Below, piece by piece: positions 12,036 through 24,354 of a DNA stretch of 64,000 nt (the first letter of the stretch is position 1; every line of letters begins with the position of its first letter). The position numbers were made by a program, and so were the translations under genes. Source of the DNA: Octopus bimaculoides (Eukaryota); NCBI RefSeq assembly GCF_001194135.2, contig NC_068981.1, forward strand, positions 99,767,484 through 99,831,483, read 5' to 3'. Under the pieces are notes generated by a model, which was not told the DNA's origin, made no database searches, and saw only the letters and a program-made list of their open reading frames with translations.

Positions 12036-13397
12036 GTTTTTTTGTGTGCTGGTGTTTTTGGATTATTGCTTTGTGATGCTTTATAGTGGTTTTTGTGTTT
12101 CTCATTTTAAACTAGAAATAGCGATGGCTAATGAAAAAATGTTCTATTCGGATCTTAGCAGATTGGAATTGTCCACTTCAGAGGAGGAATTAGTAAAGGC
12201 AACAAACAGAATGGACAGATGTCTTGGAAAAAAGAGCTTTACTGAGGTAAAAAGGAAAGAAATAGACTTGTCTAAAATGGAAGAACATTAAAAAATGGCA
12301 TATAGAGTAGGTGCTAATGTGAAGTTGTCGCCACCACAGAAAGTTATGGAGGACATGGCGAAGAGCATCATTGTGTATAAAATTTATTCAGTGGAAGAGA
12401 AAAAGGTAGAAGAAGTAGAAGCCAAAACAATTGAGAAGGCATTGTGCACAGTATCTAAGGATATTGTGATTTTGGCAAGAGGAAGCAAATATGGGACAGT
12501 GTTGGTCCAGTTCAAGACAGAGGAAGTAGCAAGCAAGCAGGCTGTAAACATGGTGAAATCGAATAAAGTGGTCCTTCTACCCATGTATCTTGATAGGAGG
12601 ACATCCAAGATCAGGGTAGAGGGAATCCTGCCAGACATAGATGTAGCTTGGGTTGCGGTGTCTGTCCTCCTTGGAAGTGAGGAGGAAGTGGCCATCCTCC
12701 AAGCCATGGAAACTGAGGAGGTGATGTGGAAAGGAAAAACATTAGAACTTATTGTTCAAGCTGAAGTAGAATCCTTGGAAGATTTGGCGGAGACGGTGAC
12801 TGTAGGAGACGTAATCTTGAGAGTGTGGGTGGAGGGCAGAGTCCCTCGCTGTTTTAAATGTGGCCAAAACAGCCACATTAGAGTACACTGCCCTCTGCAG
12901 TCTGGAAAAAATGGATAAGGAGTCAGAGAAGAAACAAGGGGAGGTACAGATGGAAGAAAAGAAAAAAGAAGAATTATGGACAGTGACAGAGGGAAGAAGG
13001 AAAAAGAGGAAGAAAGAACATGCATGTGTGTTAACAGGGGATGTAGAGGGGTATACAAATGTAGTGGGTTGGCACACGTGTGTGCTGGTGTCTCAGAGCC
13101 AGAAGGATGTGATTGCAAAATATAAAAAAGGTTATAAGTATTGGAACACCGATGCAAACCTGAAAAGAATACAGGTAAAAGTAGGATATGAGGAACTGAA
13201 AGAAAAATTTGGATTGGACGTTTTGAAGGATTTGGGATTCAGAAGGAAGTAAGTGTTGCTGCTTGAAGTGCTTGAGATGTTTCATTTCCATGCAGCATTC
13301 ATGTTACCATATTTTAAATTTTATTTTCTTCTTATGTGTCTCCATGTTTTTGTGTTGTCCCCTCTATGTCGGTCCCTTGTGGGTGATTAAAAATTCC
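12036..13397 (+). mobile_element. L1/Tx1-type non-LTR element apparently carrying ORF1 only (HAL1-like)
   Basis: ~90-bp T-rich 5' leader, ORF1 at 12124-13252, ~145-bp 3' UTR, ATTAAA at 13386-13391, then microsatellite. No endonuclease or RT of this clade follows. Confidence 0.6.
12124..13252 (+). pseudogene. Gag-like ORF1 (RRM-like region + CCHC zinc knuckle + acidic/basic tail); one in-frame stop, one frameshift
   Basis: ATG 12124 (MANEKMF...). TAA 12289-12291 is in frame with the 207-aa ORF from 12295. CX2CX4HX4C 'CFKCGQNSHIRVHC' at 12850-12891. Frameshift near 12900 into LEKMDKESEKK...WTVTEGRRKKRKK...; stop at 13252. Confidence 0.8.
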
Positions 13398-13478
13398 ACA
13401 CACATATATGTAAATACATGTATGTATGTATGTATGTATGTATGTATGTATGTATGTATGTATATATATGTGTGAATG

Positions 13479-13761
13479 GAAGGAGACTCCGGCAGAAACC
13501 AAGGCTGCACTTTAAGGACTGTGTCAAGTCTTTATTAAAGGCCTGTGATATGCAGGACACTGACTGGGAGAACAATGCCTGTCATCGCCACAGATGGAGG
13601 AAGCAGGTTAAGGAGGGGATCAACACTTTTGAGAGAGCACGTATCCAGCATGAAGAATTTAAGCGAGCTGCGCGAAAGTGCACGGCTCGTATAGTGAATG
13701 GGGAAAGCTTAATCTGCAATGTTTGCAGTCGTGTATGCTTATCAAGAGCAGGGCTCATTAG
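13479..13761 (+). pseudogene. 3' end of an RTE-clade LINE ORF, truncated by a gap
   Basis: GRRLRQKPRLHFKDCVKSLLK...WENNACHRHRWRKQVKEG...FE...KRAARK...CNVCSRVCLSRAGLI matches the RTE/BovB C-terminal pattern with a terminal CxxC zinc finger. Confidence 0.8.
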
Positions 13762-14586
13762 NNNNNNNNNNNNNNNNNNNNNNNNNNNNNNNNNNNNNNN
13801 NNNNNNNNNNNNNNNNNNNNNNNNNNNNNNNNNNNNNNNNNNNNNNNNNNNNNNNNNNNNNNNNNNNNNNNNNNNNNNNNNNNNNNNNNNNNNNNNNNNN
13901 NNNNNNNNNNNNNNNNNNNNNNNNNNNNNNNNNNNNNNNNNNNNNNNNNNNNNNNNNNNNNNNNNNNNNNNNNNNNNNNNNNNNNNNNNNNNNNNNNNNN
14001 NNNNNNNNNNNNNNNNNNNNNNNNNNNNNNNNNNNNNNNNNNNNNNNNNNNNNNNNNNNNNNNNNNNNNNNNNNNNNNNNNNNNNNNNNNNNNNNNNNNN
14101 NNNNNNNNNNNNNNNNNNNNNNNNNNNNNNNNNNNNNNNNNNNNNNNNNNNNNNNNNNNNNNNNNNNNNNNNNNNNNNNNNNNNNNNNNNNNNNNNNNNN
14201 NNNNNNNNNNNNNNNNNNNNNNNNNNNNNNNNNNNNNNNNNNNNNNNNNNNNNNNNNNNNNNNNNNNNNNNNNNNNNNNNNNNNNNNNNNNNNNNNNNNN
14301 NNNNNNNNNNNNNNNNNNNNNNNNNNNNNNNNNNNNNNNNNGAGAATGATAAGATGGGTGGAGTAAGATGAGTAGGAAAATCTAGTGGTATCCTTCATGT
14401 GGGTGACTATGAGCTGGTGGAGGGTATGATATTTAATAGGGGAAGAACAGATGATACTGAGCTGGTGGTGGGGCCATGGAGAATCGGTAAAAGATAGCAG
14501 GAGTGTACCAAGGGGGGAATAGAGAGTTAGGGAGAAAGAGAAAGATGGGGAGAGAGAGAGAGGGGGGGAGGGAGAAATAGAAAGAT

Positions 14587-14624
<38 letters not shown>

Positions 14625-15229
14625 AAGTGTATCAAGATATTGGAGAAGCCATAGGAAGAAAGTTTTAGTGAGTGTGAATGTCATTTCCATTAACACCACC
14701 TGAGCAGAAAGCATAGATAGACACACGCAGACACACACACACACACACACACACAACAACAAAGAATATTGGTAGAAGATTCTGGTTAAAATACAGTTAT
14801 AACAAAGTAAATATTGTTCTATGAGACAGAAAGCAAAAACTGCGTAGTGTCAGGGAGGTCAGTTGTCTAGCTGACATGAATCTCAAAATTTGATGGTAAA
14901 GAGAATAACTATAGTCAGCTAATGCAGAATGATTATTGTAACTGTGAATGTGTTTTAATCACTAAAGAGCTTTTCATGGCTGGTACTTAGATGCAATTTT
15001 TTGATAAGAAGTGGATGAGATATGAATTTATCCTTGGACAGTACATCAGCTTATTGCAGTTAATAATTTCTGTATGATCTGGCACCTTTCTCTGAAAGAT
15101 AGGTGAACTGAAACAAGATAGAAGAACCAGCTCTACCTATACAGTGAAACATAACCTCAGTGGAAGTGAGCAGGTAATCCAATACTTAATCTCTAGTGAC
15201 TAATATATTTCTACAGTATATGTAACTCC

Positions 15230-15790
15230 CTCACAACTCATCTTCTCAACACCCTTCCCTTCTTCCAATCAGGTCTCTATGTCCTCTCCATGCCCCTGCA
15301 TACAATCTGTCCCTGACAAGTCTCTGTTCCACAACTCATCTTCGTAATATCTCTCCTTCCCTCCACTCCATGTCCACCACTTACTGCATTCCACTTACCC
15401 TCTCCTGTTTCCCACTCTCCTATCACACCCTCACAACCTTCCTGCCTGTTCACCCTGTCTAGTCCTCTGTACCACTTCACTTATATTCACCGCCCTGTAC
15501 CCTAAGCTGGTGCAAAGCTACCCCACTCAATACTACCCCTTCTCTTAGTTGAAGAATCTTTATCTTGTAAAGTACTTGGTGACTTTGCCAGTGCTGGTGC
15601 CATGTAAAGAGCACCCAATACACTTTATAAAGTAGCTGGCATTAGAAAGGGCATCCAGCCATAGAGACCATGGCAAAGCAGTTAGCAGAGCTTGAAGCAT
15701 TCCTCCCTGGCTTGCCAGTTCCTGTTGATCCATTCAACCTATGCTAGTATGAAAAATAGATGTTAGATTGTAATAATGATGATGATGATT
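15230..15790 (+). mobile_element. RTE-type 3' UTR remnant ending in (GAT)n
   Basis: Pyrimidine tract, 'aagtacttggtgac...tggcattagaaagggcatccagcc', tail 'aatgatgatgatgat'. Confidence 0.55.
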
Positions 15791-16135
15791 TCAGTTTACT
15801 TTGATAATAATTAGAAGAGTTATAAATAGAACTTTTGAGAAACTAAGGTTTTCAAAAATGGACATGATTGGTCTTAGTTCAGCTACTTCTTGATGGTATC
15901 ACGAGGGACTACTTTAAATAAAAAAAAGGGACTGAGACAGAATTTTGGCAGAGATCTAACTTAGAATAAATTCACCATGAAGATTAGTGCTACTTCTACA
16001 TTCATTATATATTAATGATGTACTTATAACTCTGTAAAAACTTCCTAGAAGTTAAAATTTATCTGACATTGTTATTCAAGTATTAACAAAGCTTTTGTTT
16101 TATAAGGACCTGTTCTTGATGTTGAGAAGACTGTG

Positions 16136-16332
16136 ATATTGGTTTCAAATTTTGGCACAGCGCTGATAATTTTAGGAGAGGGAGTAAATCAATTATATTG
16201 ACCCCAGTGCTCAACTGGTACTTATTTTATTGATCCTGAAAGGATGAAAGGCAAAATCACCTCGGCAGAATTTGAAATCAGAATGCCAGCATTTTGCTTC
16301 GCATGCTAACGATTCTGCCAGCTCACTGCCTT
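16136..16332 (-). mobile_element. SINE family B copy
   Basis: 'gaccccagtgctcaactggtacttattttattgatcctgaaaggatgaaaggcaaa...ttctgccagctcactgcctt'. Confidence 0.7.
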
Positions 16333-16507
16333 AAGAAGACATTAATATTATAAAGGAAAAAGCTATACCTACATACACATACCAATGCATATTTACATAT
16401 ATATACATATGGAAACATATATATACAGACAGAGGGATACACACACATACACACATACCAACTCACATTAACATGCACACACAATTAAAGATATATATAT
16501 ATATGTG

Positions 16508-16547
<40 letters not shown>

Positions 16548-19086
16548 GATGGTCATTGAGTATATTTAAGTTGCCTAACTTAAATAGATATTTTAACACA
16601 TGAATGAAGAGCTATTAAAAATAGCAAATCAAATAAGACACTAATATGTACATCCATCTATATGTAAACACACTAACACACACAGTGAGTTATGTCAATG
16701 AATAATGTATAATGAGTATTTTGGGAATGTTTTCCTTTATGGCTGGAAAAATCTTCAATTTGATCTGTGATAGTTAAAATTACTGCTGAAGCTATCTTTA
16801 GCAGATTTAACTTAGACAGATGGTAATGGCAATGGAATATCAGGATGTTTATAGAGACAAGAGAATTCATGGAAATGACTAAGAGATAATATTGATAAAA
16901 AAGAAGGTTAAAATTAAAGTACAAATAGTCTTCATATCAATAAGGAAATTGGTACAAATAAAACTTATACACATGAACACACGCACATTCACACACACAC
17001 ATACACATTGGTACAGCAGTACTCAAACATAACTCATGTAACACACAATAGTATATACGCATATATGAATATATCAGTACATATATATAACTCCCCCCCC
17101 CCATATATATATATATATATATATAAACACACAAATACACACACACATAGTGAAAAGGATCGATAAAATATTTTTTCCAAGTGGCGAATGGTAGTGAAAA
17201 ATGTGAAAAGGAAAATGCACAGAAATTTAATGTTGAACAAAGTATATATATATATATATATATATTGTTCAACATAAAATTATGCATTTTCCTTCTTGTT
17301 TGTATGTATGTATGGTCATTATTCAGTTTATTTCAAAATAGAAAAAGAATTGGTTTCTAATGTAGACCCAAGGTTCCTTCATTGGAATTTCAACATCAGC
17401 AACAGGGTATTTTTGTATGTATGTATGTATGTATGTGCAGATTTGTATGTTTTATGTATGTATTCTCATGCATAGAGTTACATATCTAGACATGCTCATA
17501 TATATTTAAAAGATCATATATATTTAAACTTCTGGAAAGTTTTACTGATTTTTACAGCTCCTTTGATGGATTGGATATGTAGCCTTCGAATTAGCTTTCT
17601 CCTTTTTGGTTTTGAGAAGCCTAATTTCTCAAGACTGGTATTTAGGCAGTGTGTTACATATCTCGGGGTCAAAAGTTTTTACAGATATAAACCTGAACTT
17701 GTAATCTGGATGTATGTATGTGTGTGCGTGTATATAAATATTTAAAAAAATCTGGATAAATTTTATCTGAATTTCTGAGATGAGGAACTATTATTAAACA
17801 TTGACATATTTGAGCTGCTGTTCTTATTTTGGTTGATGTAGTCACAATATTGCTTTAGATGCCAGTCATGTCATAATCAGTAAATATACTTAGAATTTCA
17901 AGCCAAACTCAACATTAAGTCCAGTCAGATTTCATTTAGCATACATATGCTCCTAAGAGTTTTTTGTTCTGTTTTGGACCAGAGAATAGGCTGTCAACTG
18001 ACCAAGTGATAAAACTCATGTCCAGTAGCTAAGATACTGCTTGTGACAATATATATGTGTACATATTTGTGTGTATACACACACACACACATTAGTGCTC
18101 AGTAACTTAATTCATTAAAGTGTTCCCTAATGATCTGTTCCGGCTAACCATCCAAATGCACATGGAACATCCAATGCAGAGCTCCGAGCAATCATAATAG
18201 TAAAATGTATGAAGGAACTAATAAGAGAACCTTGTGTCTATCATAATTTCTCCATATGCATACATATACAAATATATATATATATATATACATACACACA
18301 CATATATACATGCACACACATACATACAAATACATATACACATTCACATATATATACATATATATAAATGGTTCAAAATTATACAAGAAAAAAAACTCCA
18401 CAAAAGACAGAGACAGGTGAGGGAACAACAGAATATATTAGTTTGATGCTCAGGAAAAATGTAAGAAGTCTTCAACATTTCAAGCCCATGCTCTTCTACA
18501 GAATGGAATAAAAAGAGAAAACAAATGGAGGGGAAAAAAATGTGTCTGGATTAATGGTTGCACATGCTGAATTGATCAGGAAGGAAGGAAATGGTTGGAA
18601 ACGTATATGTGTATGTATATATATATATATATATNNNNNNNNNNNNNNNNNNNNNNNNNNNNNNNNNNNNNNNNNNNNNNNNNNNNNNNNNNNNNNNNNN
18701 NNNNNNNNNNNNNNNNNNNNNNNNNNNNNNNNNNNNNNNNNNNNNNNNNNNNNNNNNNNNNNNNNNNNNNNNNNNNNNNNNNNNNNNNNNNNNNNNNNNN
18801 NNNNNNNNNNNNNNNNNNNNNNNNNNNNNNNNNNNNNNNNNNNNNNNNNNNNNNNNNNNNNNNNNNNNNNNNNNNNNNNNNNNNNNNNNNNNNNNNNNNN
18901 NNNNNNNNNNNNNNNNNNNNNNNNNNNNNNNNNNNNNNNNNNNNNNNNNNNNNNNNNNNNNNNNNNNNNNNNNNNNNNNNNNNNNNNNNNNNNNNNNNNN
19001 NNNNNNNNNNNNNNNNNNNNNNNNNNNNNNNNNNNNNNNNNNNNNNNNNNNNNNNNNNNNNNNNNNNNNNNNNNNNNNNNNNNNNN

Positions 19087-19446
19087 ATTTCATGTGTCCC
19101 CCACACATGAGCCAGTCTATGGGCACTGGCAACGATCCCGCTCGAAACATTTCATGTGTCACCCGCACAAGAGCCAGTCCAGGGGCACTGGCAACGGTCT
19201 CGCTCGAAAGATATCACGTGTCGCCCGCACATGAGCCAGTCCAGGGGCACTGGCAACGATCCTGCTCGAAAGATTTCATGTGTCGCCCGCACATGAGCCA
19301 GTCTAGGGGCACTGGCAACGATCCCGCTTGAACAATTTCATGTGTCACCCGCACATGAGCCAGTCCAGGGGCACCGGCAATGATCTCGCTCGAAAAACCT
19401 CATGTGTCACTCGCACAAGAGCCAGTCCATGGGCACTGGCAATGAT
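19087..19446. repeat. 62-bp GC-rich minisatellite, ~5.8 copies visible (left end lost in a gap)
   Basis: Unit starts at 19087, 19149, 19211, 19273, 19335 and 19397, an exact period of 62. Consensus approximately atttcatgtgtcacccgcacatgagccagtccaggggcactggcaacgatctcgctcgaaag. Confidence 0.95.
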
Positions 19447-19780
19447 ATATATATATGACAAACTTCTTTCATTATCTGTCTACCTAATCCACTCACAAGG
19501 CTTTGCTCAGCCGGAGACTATAGCAGGTGCCACTTGCCCAAGCTGTCATGGAGTCTGACTGCACTTGAATCCATGTGATTGGGAAACAAGCTTCTCCCCA
19601 CTCAACCACACTTGTGTATATATATGCTTATACATATATGTATATTTGTGCATTTATACATACACACACATGCTTACTCCTAAACACATATTCACATGTC
19701 ATCCTTGGACACACTCATATGCTTGCACACACACACACACTTTAGCCAAGTCACTGCTGTCTCCCTTTGGGCATACATTG

Positions 19781-19811
<31 letters not shown>

Positions 19812-19842
19812 AGATAGATAGATAGATAGACAGACAGATATA

Positions 19843-19998
19843 TGCAATGCATGCCCAAAGCTTTGCAAATCTAATGGAGACCTCAAAAGACATTTTCAGA
19901 TTCACAAAGATCAGAACTTATCTGCAGCTCTTGGTGGTCCAAATCGGATATGCAATCTATGTGGGTGTGTTTTCGGAACATTGTCTGGTTTAAAAAGC
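19843..19998 (+). pseudogene. Tandem C2H2 zinc-finger fragment (one intact finger, one broken)
   Basis: Open frame CNACPKLCKSNGDLKRHFQIH (C-x2-C-x12-H-x3-H, 19843-19905), a linker, then CNLCGCVFGTLSGLKS lacking its His residues. No ATG upstream; preceded by (TAGA)n. Confidence 0.65.
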
Positions 19999-20094
19999 TT
20001 CAGCACAATTGAAGACATTTTAGAGGTTGCTACCATCCACTGAACGTTTTGTATATTGTTATTTTCCACTTTGTATTTATTGTACATTGTCTCC

Positions 20095-21085
20095 TTGCCA
20101 TCTTCTACTGGCCTTGACATACAATTGTTAACGATATTCAAAGCAAAGTGGGTGAAAATTGACAAGAACATTTATCAAACAGCAACAGATGACCCATTGC
20201 AGAGAAAATCTCAGAAGCTGAAGAAATGATTCAATTTGCTCAGGTTCAGTATCATGATGACTACAAGGAACTGCTCGAGTCAATGCTCATTTTCCTTAGT
20301 AGTACCCCCAAGTCAGGAATCAGCTTTAAAGCACCTGGCAGTTATCACAGAGCACGACGGATGGCCAAGCTAATTTAGTGCATTAAAATTTGGATGTTTA
20401 AATCTCAGTTTAAAGTAACTGAGAGAGAGGAAAAAGGACTGAGAGATGTTTGCTGCTTTTCAGCTGTGATATACATCAGATCGTAATACCTGGCACTCAT
20501 ACCCCCATGTGCTCCCCCCCACCCCGTTCAGATTTGTATTATGTGCAAAGTCTACAGCTGTACAAGCAAAAGGATGACAAAATTGCAAGTGCTGCACTCA
20601 ATAAGGTTTTGAGACATTTGTGGTACCTTTCTGAGGAGCTTGTAGTGCTTGCATTTTTTGATTCAGTTGTTTCACATGAGACAAAAAACAAAATGAAGCA
20701 TGCTCTGCAGAAACCAGTTGACTCAAAACCAAGCAAACGAGTATCAATAAATCCTAAATCAGCTGAAACAACTGCAGGATTACATTACTAGCGACACAAA
20801 AAGATTCTTTGAAATCCTAGAGGTGCCTTGCACTTTTCTTGAAAAAATGCTGAAGAATGGAATGATGATGAAAGTTATGCAAATGCAAGAGATATTGCAT
20901 ATGGACTCAAAGTAGTAAACGACATTGTGGAAAGAGGTGTATGACTGATAGAAGAATACAACAAACTAATAACCAATGATGAACAGAAGAATCAATAGCT
21001 CCTTCAAATTGTTAAAAGTTACAGGTCATTACTCTCAAGCAAAAAACAAGAAAATATTATTTTTGCTTCACAAAAAACAAAAATA
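20095..21085 (+). pseudogene. DDE-type DNA transposase, C-terminal half, decayed; superfamily not assigned
   Basis: DDYKELLE..LIFL, FKAPGSYHRARRMAKLI*CIKIWMFKSQF, RHLWYLSEEL..LAFFD and LKVVNDIVERGV*LIEEYNKLITNDEQ..Q*LLQIV are collinear with a widespread invertebrate transposase family (PGA.H.ARWMAK / HLWYL.EEL / VVND.AERGV). Several stops and frameshifts. Confidence 0.75.
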
Positions 21086-21154
21086 AACTTACATAATGTG
21101 CCTACTGGGGAAACTTCCACATAAAAAAAGTTAACATGATATACGCTGTACCTC

Positions 21155-21705
21155 ACTAGGGTGTCTTTTTGGTCAGCTGATAGCGGTTTTGGCACAAACT
21201 TGGCAGACATGCACCTTGTACCCAAATCTTCAGTAATAATGGACTGAACTGAACCATAACTAATCTGCACATTCTCTGATAACTCATGGATGGGGATTCA
21301 ATGATTTCCCCTCACAGCTGCATGCACATCTGTGATGTTTTGCTCAGTTCAGCTAGTTGCAGGTCTCCCAGAACGTTCGTCAATATAGACATTTTTTGGG
21401 CCTTCTTAGATATGTCTGAACCACTTGTACATTTGTGTGTGGCTCATATACTCCTCTCCATACACTTTCTACAACTCTGCATAGGCCTCTGAATAGGTAT
21501 TGCCATGACAACTTCCTCTGTAATGGTCAATCTGATGATCACACGCTTCACACCTTCCTTCCAAGCACTGCTGTAAACAGTGAAAGTGAGCTAGAATGTT
21601 AAAACTTAATGCACATGCACAGCAGAGTTCAAGGTCAATCGTTGCCAAGCAGCTGCCCTCTGCATGCTTTAGCTTCATTACTATGGCAATAGTCCGGATA
21701 CTTAT
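21155..21705 (-). mobile_element. Mariner (Tc1/mariner) 5' fragment encoding the HTH DNA-binding region
   Basis: YSEAYAEL*KVYGEEYMSHTQMYKWFR...DERSGRPATS...QISYGSVQSIITEDLGTRCMSAKFVPKPLSADQK. Starts next to (TA)n. Confidence 0.85.
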
Positions 21706-22208
21706 TTATATATATATCATCATCGTCGTCGTTTGTCAATAGAATGGATATATATAGATATATTAATTAAAGTATATAGTATTATAGAACCATTTGAGCT
21801 GATCTATAATATGGATCTGTGACACTGGTGGATGAAGATTAAGATGATGGATCAACTGAATTATTTGCTATTGAATTAATGTGTAACTGGCTGAAAATGC
21901 CACAGACAAAGGAACATTTAAAGAAATTCTCAAACAGAATCAAAATAACATACTGTGTGGAAAAACTACCTTTTCAATTACAGGTACAATTCACCTGATA
22001 GACTTCTATCCTAATTTCAAACTGTAACTAGAATGAGGTTTGAGTCAACCTAAGGGTAAAAAAAAAATGATATTTGCCCAAGATACCAAGCAGCAGCATT
22101 GAACCCCAAAACTTGCAGTTATGAAATGAACTTCTTAACCATGTACTTTTACATACAAGTTATACATAAAACAAACATTATATAAATGTGTATGTGTTTG
22201 TGTGAATG

Positions 22209-22280
<72 letters not shown>

Positions 22281-22595
22281 CATATATTCAACTCTTCAGC
22301 AAGACACCTACTCCCCTCCTATTACAATTTCTTATTTCTTCAGTCTGTACTCACTTCAATTGTGGGTATATTTTGGGTACTCAGCAATCTCACTGGTGTT
22401 GGTGTCATGTAACAAACACCCAATACACTCCATTAAGTGGTTGGCATTAGAAAGGGCATCCATCTGTAGAAATCATACCAAGTCAGACATAAAACATCAC
22501 AGAGCTTGTCTACTCTTGTCAAACTGTCCAACCCAAGCCAGCATAGGAAAAAGGATGTTAAATGATCATGATGATTATATCTGACTATCTGTCTG

Positions 22596-22628
<33 letters not shown>

Positions 22629-22719
22629 ATATATATATATATATGTATGTATATATGTAGATATATATCTACTTACATATAAGAGACCAAAGTGTACGTA
22701 TACTGCTATATGTATATAA

Positions 22720-23215
22720 AAAGAATACAAAAAATGTGACAAGAATGCAACAGGCAACAACAAAACATCCAGACAGTTAGATGATACAAAAAGGGACAAG
22801 GAAAACAAGGACTGGTCATTCAGAGTTTTCTTTCCTCAGTCAAGTTCCAGATCATCTTTGCAGTTTCGGCTGGTTATACTCAAGACTGCTCCAATCTGGC
22901 CAGCCACAAGGAAAATCTAAGCTAAGAGCACTAGATTCCTTGGAAGAAAGCAGCGAATGTATACGAAGACAAGGACGGAAAAAAACGGAAAATGGTACAC
23001 AAATACAAATGCAAGCAACAGGACATTAACAACAGATGTCTTTCGACTAAGGATAAATTAAATTAGGCTGGTGTGTGTGGAAGTGAAGCCTTAAGGCAGG
23101 AACATAAGAGATGACAGGCATGGGGAGGTATATAGATGTTGCACGGATGTTAGTCGAACCAAGACAGAAAGGTCAGGCTTGGCCGAACACCGGTCACGTG
23201 AAAAGAGAGGCAGAG
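22720..23215 (-). mobile_element. Second copy of the unclassified repeat at 10845-11330, inverted
   Basis: Collinear reverse-complement similarity over about 450 bp. Confidence 0.65.
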
Positions 23216-23413
23216 GCAGAGGAATAGAAGAATCAGGGAGGGACGAGAAAGAAAGAAAAAAGAAAAGGGACAGAGTGAAGTGAAAGAGGAGAGAGGCCAA
23301 GAAATGTGAGAGAGTGGGAGCGAAAGAAAGAAGAGCAGAAAGAATGAAGTAAGTGTGAAGGGGCTGAAAGAAAAGAAAGAATGAAAGAATAAGAGAGTTG
23401 TACAAAATTTAGA

Positions 23414-23460
<47 letters not shown>

Positions 23461-24175
23461 NNNNNNNNNNNNNNNNNNNNNNNNNNNNNNNNNNNNNNNN
23501 NNNNNNNNNNNNNNNNNNNNNNNNNNNNNNNNNNNNNNNNNNNNNNNNNNNNNNNNNNNNNNNNNNNNNNNNNNNNNNNNNNNNNNNNNNNNNNNNNNNN
23601 NNNNNNNNNNNNNNNNNNNNNNNNNNNNNNNNNNNNNNNNNNNNNNNNNNNNNNNNNNNNNNNNNNNNNNNNNNNNNNNNNNNNNNNNNNNNNNNNNNNN
23701 NNNNNNNNNNNNNNNNNNNNNNNNNNNNNNNNNNNNNNNNNNNNNNNNNNNNNNNNNNNNNNNNNNNNNNNNNNNNNNNNNNNNNNNNNNNNNNNNNNNN
23801 NNNNNNNNNNNNNNNNNNNNNNNNNNNCACTCATTTTGGTAAATGGAGTGACAATGATAATGATGACCGAGAAGAATAATGTAGATGATGATCAAATGAT
23901 CAAAGCAATCCAAAAAGAAGAAAAAAAAAACTGAGTTAAATGATATAAACAAGTAAACGGAAGAAGTGAAAATAAGTAAGGGAGGAGAACTGAAAGGATG
24001 GAATAAGAAGAAAAAAGTAAAAAAAACAAAAAATAAATGTAAGCGAGTATTTCTTTTGTAAGGTGATTGTATTGATTTTTTCATTCCTTCAGTACATCAA
24101 CACCTTCTGACACCACTGACATAGCAAGAAAGAAAGAGTAAGAAGCACACTACTGAATTGCACTGTTACACATTT

Positions 24176-24222
<47 letters not shown>

Positions 24223-24354
24223 CACACACGCACACACGCACGCTTACACACAAACACACACCAACATATTTATAGCTAAGGTATAGACATACAGAGTCAG
24301 ATATATAAAAATGCTACGATAAACATTCATATACACCTAATAAAGATACACACA

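Noticed and set aside
12384-13157. Minus-strand ORFs of 107-133 aa over the ORF1 element
   Set aside because: Antisense shadows of the purine-rich ORF1, with no independent motifs.
18440-18510. Minus-strand 'tagaagagcatgggcttgaaatgtt', resembling a minimal Penelope-type hammerhead ribozyme
   Set aside because: The catalytic CUGANGA box is broken (UAGAAGA) and stems I and III are not evident. At most a dead remnant.
19087-19446. CRISPR-like look (regular repeats with internal hairpins)
   Set aside because: The units are contiguous with no unique spacers, there are no cas genes, the context is eukaryotic, and the unit recurs inside a retroelement at 43730-43940.
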